NCBI GenBank assembly: GCA_963770895.1
Contig: CAVYRF010000002.1
Coordinates: 3,648,001-3,712,000 of the forward strand
From: an uncultured Acidobacteriota bacterium
Lineage (GTDB): Bacteria; Acidobacteriota; Thermoanaerobaculia; Multivoradales; UBA5704
Direction: 5' to 3'
Length of the DNA: 64,000 nt
The position numbers and the translations under genes were made by a program. The notes under the pieces were generated by a model. The model was not told the DNA's origin and did not search any database. It saw only the letters and a list, made by a program, of their open reading frames with translations. Below, in pieces: positions 25,718 to 35,300 of the stretch (the stretch's first letter is position 1; each line of letters begins with the position of its first letter).

Positions 25718-27952
25718 CTACGAGCACCAATCCAGCGCATTGTTGCCGGTGTAGTCGCACGTTGCCGTGGTGAGGCCGCTCCACACCACGTAGACGGCGT
25801 AAGTGTGGGCGTAGTTGACGCTCGGAATCGAGTTCAACCAGACCCCGCCGCTGGGCAACGGCGCGTAGGACGAGAGGATCCAGGCGCCGTTGGCGGTGAC
25901 GTCGCGGTACCACATGTGGGCCTGCGCTCCCGACGTGCCTCCGGTCGTCTCCCCGGCCACGATCAGGCTGCCCGCGGGGCCGTAGCCCGCCAGGGCTTCG
26001 GGCTGGATCCAGGTCATGACCGAGGTGGTGCCGCCGGGGATCGCGTTCGAGATGGTGATGGGCCAGTTCGCGGTGCCCTGCTCGCTGCGCCCGTCGGTGG
26101 CGGTGACGTTGAGCGTATGCGCACCGTTCGGGAAGGCCGTCGTATCGAAGCTGGCGCTCCAGCCGACGTTGGGACAGTTGGGATCGCCAGGGTAGGCGGC
26201 GCAGACGTCGCCGCGGCTGAGACCGTAGGTGTACGGCGCCAGCAGCGGCAGCTCGCCGCCGTCCATGGCGAAGGTGAGGGAGGTGATCTTGTTGGGGTCG
26301 GTCGCCCAGCCGGCCATGCCGTAGGACGTTCCGGAGATCGTGGCGCCGGACGCCGGCGCGTCGATGTACAGGCGCACCGCCGATTCCACGGTGACTTGCA
26401 GGGTCTGCGAAGCGGCGGTGAGGCCGCAGCCGTCGATCATGCGCGCTTGCAGCGAATGGACCCCGGGCGTCAGCGCCGCGGAGTTCCAGGTGTAGGTGTA
26501 GGGAGCTGCCGTCCACGTCTTGACGATGCTGCCGTCGACGTAGAGCGACGCCTGGGTGATGACGACGCCGTCGGTCGGCGCCACGGTCACCGGGGTTTCA
26601 CCGATGACGCCCGCGCCGTACGTCGGCGAGGTGATGCTGACGACCGGCTTCGCGGCGGCGCACTGGTTGTTGACGATGAACGACACAAAGTACGTCGAAG
26701 GCACCGGGTAGGGGGAGCGGTTGCTCAGCGCCACCAGGGTCAGGGTGTGCGGTCCGTTGCTCAGGGTCGTGGTGTCCAGGGTGCCGGCAAAGCCGATGTT
26801 CGGACAGTTCGGATCGGTGCCGCCCAAAGGATAGGTGCAGCTGCCCGAAGACGGCAGGTGCAGGGTCTGGTTGGCCAGGGTCACCGGCAGGTTGTCGATC
26901 CAGGCGCCAAGCTCCTGGACACCGTAGGTGGGCGCCACCAGGGTGCCCACGACGGACACCTGCCCCCAGACGGTAGCCCCCGACACCGGTTGGGCGACGG
27001 TGATCGACGGGCCGTTGCCGTTGGCTCCGGTGACGGTGTCACGCTCCGTCGAGTGGGTGCTGGCGTAGGTCAGGAACTCGTAGCAGGTGACCGTGATGTA
27101 GTCGCTCAGGGTGCCGTCGGAAAGCGTGTACGAGCCCTGTTCCGCGATGCACTTGTAGTCGAGGAACCCCTGATACCAGGGGAACGGGAACGGGTTGTCC
27201 GGGCCCGCGCAGATATCCGGGAATCGCGCGCACAGGCCGCCGAGCGGGCCCAGGGGGTCGTCGGGGTCCGGCACGGAGTTGCAGTCGCAGTCCGGCGGGC
27301 ACTGCTCGACGAACGCCTTGGGCGCGGCGTTGGAGCACATCGGCTTCTGGATCTGGTCGACCTCCTGGCAATACGACGCCAGCACCGAAGACGTGCTGGG
27401 CAGGATGCCGGTAGACATCACGCCCCCCTGGCTGCAGGTGTCGTGACCCAGCCCCAGGGCATGCCCGATTTCGTGCGCGATGTAGGCCAACAGGGCGGGA
27501 TTGTCCCAGTTGATCGACCCGTTGTCGCCGGGATTGATGCCGTACAGGGTGATGGTGTTGGAGGTGGGGTTGTTCCAGTACGCCAGGTAGTACCCGCCCT
27601 GCCCGTCGGGCGGCATCAGGGTGTTGGGCTGGTAATTGATCACGATGCTGTTGCGCGGGTTCTGGTTGCCGGTACGTCCTGTGCCGGCGACCACGCTGAG
27701 GGGCGGCATGTTCTTGAACCCGCAGGCGGTGTTCCATTCGTTGACCGCATCCTGCACGTTGAGGTTGCCTGCGAAGCTGGGTGGCACGATCACGGTGATC
27801 GACGACACGGTGTCGTCGTAGGTGACCTGGTCGAGCGGCGGCAGATCGGTCGTGCAGGACGGCGCGGACTGGGCCACGGACGTGCGCACGGCGCAGAGCC
27901 CGAGGGCCAGGAGGGTCAGGACAAGGGCGAGGCAGCGCTTGTCATGTCGCAT
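25718..27952 (-). CDS. Secreted metzincin (matrixin/M10-like) metalloprotease with a Cys-rich linker and Ig-like domains
   Basis: Signal peptide, HEIGHALGLGH followed by a GGVM Met-turn, and about three Ig-like repeats (DTTTLSNGPHTLTL, NSAALTPGVHSLQ, DTTAFPNGAHTLNV). Confidence 0.82.
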   Translation of the reverse strand: MRHDKRCLALVLTLLALGLCAVRTSVAQSAPSCTTDLPPLDQVTYDDTVSSITVIVPPSFAGNLNVQDAVNEWNTACGFKNMPPLSVVAGTGRTGNQNPRNSIVINYQPNTLMPPDGQGGYYLAYWNNPTSNTITLYGINPGDNGSINWDNPALLAYIAHEIGHALGLGHDTCSQGGVMSTGILPSTSSVLASYCQEVDQIQKPMCSNAAPKAFVEQCPPDCDCNSVPDPDDPLGPLGGLCARFPDICAGPDNPFPFPWYQGFLDYKCIAEQGSYTLSDGTLSDYITVTCYEFLTYASTHSTERDTVTGANGNGPSITVAQPVSGATVWGQVSVVGTLVAPTYGVQELGAWIDNLPVTLANQTLHLPSSGSCTYPLGGTDPNCPNIGFAGTLDTTTLSNGPHTLTLVALSNRSPYPVPSTYFVSFIVNNQCAAAKPVVSITSPTYGAGVIGETPVTVAPTDGVVITQASLYVDGSIVKTWTAAPYTYTWNSAALTPGVHSLQARMIDGCGLTAASQTLQVTVESAVRLYIDAPASGATISGTSYGMAGWATDPNKITSLTFAMDGGELPLLAPYTYGLSRGDVCAAYPGDPNCPNVGWSASFDTTAFPNGAHTLNVTATDGRSEQGTANWPITISNAIPGGTTSVMTWIQPEALAGYGPAGSLIVAGETTGGTSGAQAHMWYRDVTANGAWILSSYAPLPSGGVWLNSIPSVNYAHTYAVYVVWSGLTTATCDYTGNNALDWCS

Positions 27953-27955
27953 GGC

Positions 27956-28846
27956 TCAACCCTCCGTCCCGGAGACGGGGGCGTGAGCCGGCGGCTGCAC
28001 GGTCGGCACCAGATCCTTGCGGGGCTGGGCCGGCGGCAGCGCGCGCAGGTCCTGCCGCAGCTTGTCGAGTGCCACGGGCGAAGGGTCCTTGAGCGCTTTG
28101 TGGGCCAGCGAAACCTGGCCGGCGGTGACCTGGCCGTACCAGCCCAGGTTGACGTTGGCGCCGTTGGACGGGTCCTTGTAGCCGCCGACCAGCAGCTCGC
28201 TGCCCTTTTGCAGCACCGGGTTGCCGCTGGCCGCCACGTTGCACAGGCGGACGGCGCCCAGGGAGACGTCGCCGTGGTAGTCCAGGAAGGTCACCTGGGC
28301 CAGGCCGCCCAGCTGCTTTTCGGGGTCGTTGAGCACCTCTTCGACCTGCATCGTGACCAGCGTCGCCGGAGCCGTCATGTTGGGGACGAAGCCGGCCTGG
28401 GCGGAGAGCACCCGGCCGACGAAGGCGACCCCGGTCTGCTGCACGACCTGGGCGAGCGTCATGGACGCGGGCGCCGACGGCTGATAGCCCTCGCCGGCGA
28501 CGTCGCCGTGACAACCGTTCCAGGCGCCGCCCCACTTGATCTTTTCTGCCAGGGTGCTGCGCAGGTACGCCTCCTGGGTGGCGTTGAGGCCGAGTGGCGA
28601 AAGATTTGCAGTCTGGGGATTGGACCAGTCGATCTTGGCGAGCGTCCCCGACGGCACGAAATAGACCTCTTTCTGGCCGGTCGCGGGCGCCGTGATCCAG
28701 AGCACTTGCGCCGGCGCTGCCGGCACGGCCGCCGCCTGGCCCTGAGGTGGGGTGGTGGCACCGAGCGGCAGCGCGCCGACGGCGAGGAGGGTGAGCAACG
28801 ACGATCTTTTGACCCAGGCGCAGCCGGGTCTGCCCAACGCTTTCAT
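27956..28846 (-). CDS. Secreted hypothetical protein, possibly TIMP/NTR-like OB fold
   Basis: GGAGG RBS and signal peptide. Pattern LAQVVQQTGVAFVGRV...VTMQVEEVL...LQKGSELLV. Stop lies 3 bp before the metalloprotease ATG. Confidence 0.6.
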   Translation of the reverse strand: MKALGRPGCAWVKRSSLLTLLAVGALPLGATTPPQGQAAAVPAAPAQVLWITAPATGQKEVYFVPSGTLAKIDWSNPQTANLSPLGLNATQEAYLRSTLAEKIKWGGAWNGCHGDVAGEGYQPSAPASMTLAQVVQQTGVAFVGRVLSAQAGFVPNMTAPATLVTMQVEEVLNDPEKQLGGLAQVTFLDYHGDVSLGAVRLCNVAASGNPVLQKGSELLVGGYKDPSNGANVNLGWYGQVTAGQVSLAHKALKDPSPVALDKLRQDLRALPPAQPRKDLVPTVQPPAHAPVSGTEG

Positions 28847-28859
28847 CAGACACCTCCGT

Positions 28860-29385
28860 AATCAGTTTGATACGGACCCCTGTGTCGGCGCCAGCACCAG
28901 CTGCCGACGCCGTAAAACTGCACATCGATTGTCTATAATCATACTGACGATGGCATCATATGTCTACTGATTGTCGATAAAGAGCTGTTCGGCTCTCTGG
29001 ATGTCTGTTCATTGCAATTTCTATCTTGCCGATTGAGCGTATTTCGCTAAGCGATCGATGACGCTTAGCTAAAACTCAGCTGTGGCAAGCAAGAGCGAAA
29101 GCTCTAAATGGAAGCACACCACTGAGCTGGCGGCCGTCCCGGTCGGACCGCGGCGCCCGGGGCGGTGCGACCGCGCGTGGCGGGGCGGTGGGCGGGCGTG
29201 CGCGCTGACGTCGCCGTTCAGGGTTCGCGGTTGGGAGCGATCTTTCATATAGATGATCGATATCGCTGGCGGCGAACAAGGTGGCGCTTTTGCAACGGTT
29301 TCATGGCGTGGCGGCGGGGCGCGTCCCGAATTTGGCGTTGACCACACTTGTCTAGTGACCGCGTGGATGTCCTTGCTCCCCCGGT
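28860..29385. promoter_or_regulatory. AT-enriched divergent control region between the protease operon and the NRPS cluster
   Basis: Clearly lower GC than the flanks. Contains TATAAT (~28934) and several hairpins. Confidence 0.45.
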
Positions 29386-32300
29386 GTGATCAGAAGGCAT
29401 TCAACCGCTGAATTCGAGACCATCGTGACTTCGCCTGTGCAGAAGCTGTACGTGTTGTCGCCGTTGCAGCTGGGGCTGCTTTTTCACAGCCTGCGCGCAC
29501 CGGCTGCCGGTCTGTATGTGGATCAATTGCAGCTCGACCTGGCGGGCGAGGTGGACGCGACGGTATTGCAACAGGCTTGGCAAGCAGTTGTCGCGCGCCA
29601 TGACGTGTTGCGCACCTCGTTCCACTGGCAGGGCCTGGACAAGCCCCTGCAGGTCGTCCATCCCGCGGTGGAGCTGCCGTTTTCAACGCTCGACTGGCGC
29701 GGTCTGGAGGCGACCGAGCGGGAGCCGCGGCTGGCGGCGCTGGCCGACACCGACCGGCGGCGGGGCTTCAGCCTGGAGCGGCCGCCGCTGCTGCGGCTCA
29801 CCCTGGTGCGGACCGGCAACGCCAGCTCCGTGCTCCTGTGGACGCAGCATCACCTGCTTTGCGACGGCTGGTCGATCGGCGTGCTGCAGCGCGAGGTGGC
29901 GGCCTGCTACCGGGCGCTGCGCCGCGGCGAGGCGCCGCGGCTGGCGCCGCCGCGGCCGTTCGGCGAATACATCGCGTGGCTGCGGCGGCGCGACGATGCG
30001 GCGGCGGAGGCGTTCTGGCGCCGCCGCATGGCCGGGGTCGAGCCGCCGGCGCTGCCCGGCGTCGGCCTGCCCGCGGCAACGGATGCTGTTGCCGCGGCGG
30101 CGCCCGCGGCGGGTGCGGCGGGTGCGCCGGGTGCGCCGGCGGCCGAGCCGGATCACGACGAGTGCGAGCGGGCGCTGACGTCGGGAGTCACCGCGGCGCT
30201 CAACGCCTTTGCCCGCCGCCACCGGCTGACGGTCAACACCGTCTTGCAAGGGGCCTGGGCGCTGCTCGCCGGCCGCCTGAGCGGCGCCGGCGAGGTGGTT
30301 TTTGGCGCCACGGTGTCCGGGCGCCCGGCGGAGATCGCGGGCATCGACGCGATGGTGGGGCTGTTCATCAACACCCTGCCGGTGCGGCTGCGGATCGACG
30401 AGGCGGCGCCGCTCGCCGGCTGGCTGCAGGGCGTCCAGGGCGAGCAGGCGGCGGCTCTCCCCTTCCAGCACAGCTCGCTCGCCGAGATCCAGCAATGGAG
30501 CGGCGCCCCCGCCGGGCAGCCGCTGTTTGAAACGCTGCTGGTGTTCGAGAACGTGCCGGGAGTCGTGCCCACGTCCGGGCAAACTGCGGCGGCGAACCAG
30601 GCGGCGGACGACCTGGGTGTCGTCGGGTCGCGCTACGTGTCGCGCACCAACTTCCCGCTGGTGCTGATGGTGATTCCGGGCGAGCAGCTGGTGGTGCGCG
30701 CGATCTTCGACCGCCGGCGCCTGGCGCCGGCCGCGGCGGGCCGCCTGCTGGACCGGCTGACCGACCTGCTGGCGGCGCTGCCCGGCCTGGGCGAGGCGAC
30801 GCCGGTCGCGGCGGTGCCGGTGCTGCGGCCTGAAGAGATCCGGCAGCTGGCGGCGCTCGCCAACGACACCGCGGTGGACTACCCGCGCGACGCCACCGTG
30901 GCGGAGCTGTTCGCGGCCGTGGCCGCGGCGGATGCGGAGCGCATCGCCCTGGACTTCGACGGCGTGAGCGTGAGCTACGGCGAGCTGGCGGCCCGCGCCG
31001 GACGGCTGGCGGCGCGCCTGCGCCGCCTGGGGGTCGCCGTCGAAGAGCGGGTGGCGCTGTGCGTCGAGCCGTCGCCGGAGCTGGTCGTGGGCATGCTGGG
31101 CACGCTGCTCGCGGGGGCGGCCTACGCGCCGCTGGACGCGGCGCACCCGCGCCGGCGTCTGGCACAGCTGCTGGAGGACCTGGGGCGGCCGCTGCTGTTG
31201 ACCGCCGGCCGCGCCGCCGCGACGGCCGCGGCGCTGGCCCCCGCCTGCCGCTCCCTGGTGCGGATCGAGGAGGCCGCGGTGCCGCTGCCACCTTCGCAGA
31301 GCGCCGCCGGCATGCCGCGGGCGACCCTGGCGGCGGCCCCCAGCGCGGGCGGCGGCGGCGAGCGGCTGGCGGCGGTGCTGTTCACGTCGGGCTCGACCGG
31401 GCGTCCCAAGGGGGTGATGGTGACCCACCGCGGCATCGTGCGGCTGGTCCGCGGCGACGGCGCCGTGACCGCTCTGCGCGCCGCCCGCGTCGCCCAGCTG
31501 TCGAACGTCGCCTTCGACGCCCTCAGCTACGAGGTGTGGGCGCCGCTGCTGGCCGGCGGCTGCCTGGTGGGCGTGCCGCGGCAGGTCGCCCTGGCGCCGG
31601 GGGACCTGGCGGCGCGGCTGCGGCGCGACCAGATCAGCGCGATGTTCCTGACCGCCGCCCTGTTCAACCAGGTGGCACGCGAGGCGCCGGCTGCATTTGC
31701 CTGCGTGGACCAGGTGATCGCCGGCGGCGAAGCGCTGGACCCGCGCTGGATCTCCGAGGTTCTGCGCCACGGGCCGCCGGCGCGCCTGGTCAACGGCTAC
31801 GGGCCGACCGAAAGCACCACGTTCGCCACCACATACCTGGTGACGCAGGGGTGGCAGGACTCGATCCCGATCGGCTATCCCATCGCCAACACCCGCGTGC
31901 ACGTGCTGGACGGCGCCTGGCGCCTGCTGCCGATCGGCGCCACCGGCGAGCTGGCGATCGGCGGCGACGGCCTGGCGCGCGGCTACCTGGACCGCCCCGA
32001 CCTGACCGCCGAGCGCTTCGTGCCCGACCCGTATGCCGCAGCGCCGGGGGAGCGGCTGTACCGCACCGGCGACCGGGCGCGGCGGCGGGCCGACGGCGCG
32101 GTGGAATTTGCCGGCCGCAACGACCTGCAGGTCAAAATCCGCGGTTTTCGCATCGAGCCGGGGGAGATCGAGGCGGCGATCCTGGCCGCCGCGCCGCAGC
32201 TTGCCGCGGCGGTGGTCCTGGCGGTGGACGCGGGGGCGGCCGGCGACGGCGCCGGTGACAGTGCTGGCGACAGGCGCCTGGTGGCCTGCCTGGTTGCCGG

Positions 32301-35300
32301 CGACGGCGCGATCCCCGGCGGCGGCGGCGGCGATCTCGCCGCCGGCCTGCGCCAGCGCCTCGCGGAGGTGCTGCCGCCGGTGATGGTGCCGGCCGCCTTC
32401 GCCGTGCTGCCGCGGCTGCCGGTCACCGCCAACGGCAAGGTCGACCGCGGCGCGCTGGCGGCGGCGGCCGCGGCCGCCCTGGCTGCCGGCGGCGGCCGGC
32501 AGGGCGGCGGCGAGGAAGACGGAGACGGGGCGCCGCGCACCCCTGTCGAAGAGCTGCTGGCCGGTATCTGGGCCGCCGTGCTGGGCGTCGAGCAGGTGCG
32601 GCGGAACGATGACTTCCTGCGCCTGGGCGGCCATTCGCTGCTGCTCACCCGGCTGCTGTCGCGGGTGCGCGAGGCGTTCGGCGTCGAGATCGCCCTGGCC
32701 GACCTGATCGCCACGCCGGCACTGGCCGAGCAGGCGGCGTGGATCGCGCAGGCGATGCGCCGCGACGACGGCGCCGCCGCCGTGCCGCCGCTCGCCCCGG
32801 CGCCGCGCGACCGGCCGCTGCCGCTGTCGTATGCGCAGCAGCGGCTGTGGATCCTGGACCGCTTCGACCCCGGCCTGCCGGCCTACGACATCCCGTTGGC
32901 CACCCACCTGGCGGGCCGGCTGGCGGTGGGGGACCTGGCCGCGGCGCTGGCCGGCGTGGTGGCGCGGCACGAGGTGCTGCGCACGCGTTTTGTCGCCGCC
33001 GCCGAGGGCGAGGAGCCGCAGCAGCTGGTGGCGCCGCCGCCGGCAACCGCGGCGGTGCGGCTGCCGGTCGTCGACCTGGCGGCGCTGCCGGCCGCGGCGC
33101 GGGCCGCCCAGCTGCGGCAGCTCCTGCACGGCGAGTCGGCCCGCCGCTTCGACCTGGCGCGCGGGCCGCTGTTTGTCGCCACGCTGGCGCGGCTGAGCGA
33201 GGGGGAGCACGTCCTGGTGCTCAACGTGCACCACATCGTCGCCGACGGCGCCTCGCTGGGCATCCTGTTTCGCGAAGTGGCGGCGCTGTACGCCGACCGC
33301 GCCGCGCCGCTGCCACCGCTGCCGGTGCAGTACGCCGACTACGCGATCTGGCAGCGCGGCTGGCTGCACGGCGCCGTGCTCGATCGCCAGATCGCCTATT
33401 GGCGCGAGCACCTGGCCGGCGCCTCGCCGCTCGGCCTGCCGACCGACCGGCCGCGCCCGCCGGTGCGCAGCTTCCGCGGCAGCCACGTGCCGGTGCCGCT
33501 GGCGCCGGCGCTGGCGGTGCCGCTCTGGGCCCGCGCCCGCGACGAGCGCGCGACGCCCTTCATGCTGCTGCTGGCGGCCTGGTTCGAGATGCAGGGCCGC
33601 CTGGCGGGGCGCGCCGACCTGACCGTCGGCACCCCGGTCGGCAACCGCGACCGGCTGCCGGCCGAAGGGCTGATCGGCTTCTTCGTCAACACCCTGGTGC
33701 TGCGCGCCGACGTCGGTGGGCGGCCCAGCGGCCGCGAGCTGCTGGCGCGGGTGCGGCAGACGGCGCTGGCCGCCTGGTCGCACCAGGACGTGCCGTTCGA
33801 AAAGCTGGTCGAAGAGCTGCAACCGCAGCGCAGCCTGGCGCTGGCGCCGTTTTTCCAGGTGCTGGTCGCCCTGGACCAGCCGCCGCCGCCGCCGCACCTG
33901 GGAGACCTCGCGGCGACGCCGGTCGAGATCGAAAGCGCCACCGCCAAGTTCGAGATCACCCTGGCGCTGTCGCTCGGCGACGGCGCCCTGGCGGCGGCGC
34001 TGGACTACAACTCCGACCTGTTCGACCGCACCACGGCGCGGCGCTTCGCCGGTCACTACGCGACGCTGCTCGCGGCGCTGCTGGCCGACCCCGAGCGCCC
34101 GGCGGGCGACCTCCCCATGCTGTCGGCCGGCGAGCGGCACCAACTGCTGGCCGAATGGAACGATGCCGGCCTGGCGGCCAGCCGCGCCCTGTCGGCCCTG
34201 GCGGCGGCCGGGCCCGCGGCGACCCTCGACCGGCTGTTCGCGCGGCAGGCGGCGGCGACGCCGGCGGCGCCAGCCCTCATCCATGGCGCCGAACGTCTCA
34301 CCTACCAGGAGCTGGACCGCCGGGCGAACCGGCTGGCGCACCGCCTGGCCGCCGCCGGCGTGGCGCCGGAAGTGCCGGTCGCGATCTTCCTGGACCGCAC
34401 CGCGGCGATGGTCGTCGCCGTGCTGGCCGTGCTCAAGGCGGGCGGCGCGTACGTGCCGCTCGATCCGGCGTATCCCGCCGAACGGCTGGCGCAGACGCTC
34501 GCCGCCTGCCGGGCGCCGGTCGTGGTCACCCGCGCGGTGCTGCGCGACCGCCTGCCGGCGGCGCCGGCCGCCCCGGCAGGAGGCGGGGGCGGAGCGGTGG
34601 CGCGCCTGTTGGTCGAGGTGGACGCGGCGGATCTCGCCGCCCTGCCCGACACGCCGCCGCCGGCCGCGGCGCAGAGCCACAACCTGGCCTACCTGATCTA
34701 CACCTCGGGTTCGACCGGCCGTCCCAAGGGGGTGGCCATCGAGCACGCCAGCGCCGTCGCCCTGCTGCGCTGGACGGCGGCCGCCTTTGCCGACGACGAG
34801 CTGGCGGTGACGGTGGCGGCGACCTCGCTGTGTTTCGACCTGTCGGTGTTCGAGCTGTTCGCGCCGCTCACCCGCGGCGGCGCCGTCGAGCTGGTCGGCA
34901 GTGCCCTGGACCTGGCGGCCGGCCGTGGCCGCCGCGGCGCCGCTGCCGGCGCTGCCGGCGATGGTGGCGATGGCACCGGCGGCACTGGCGGCACCAGGGG
35001 CGCCGGCGCCGCGGCGACGTTGCTCAACACCGTGCCGTCGGCCGTCGCCGAGCTGGTCGGCGCCGGCGCCCTGCCGCCGGCGCTGCGCACGCTGAACATG
35101 GCCGGCGAGCCGATCCCCGCGGCGCTTGCCGCGCGCCTGGCGGCCGCGGGCCCGGCGCGCATCCTCAACATGTACGGGCCGTCGGAGGCGACGACCTATT
35201 CGACCTGGGCGCGGGTCGAGCCGGCGGAGGCGGGGCCGCCGCCCATCGGCCGGCCGATCGCCGGCACCGCACTGTACCTGCTCGACGGCGAGCTGCGGCC

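Noticed and set aside
23339-28861. 1840-aa plus-strand ORF
   Set aside because: Shadow of three minus-strand genes that have clear motifs or signal peptides.
29081-29130. c-di-GMP-I riboswitch as a firm feature
   Set aside because: Only the GAAA hairpin and a GGCAA-like lead-in match, and the conserved downstream elements are absent. Kept only as a candidate structured RNA.
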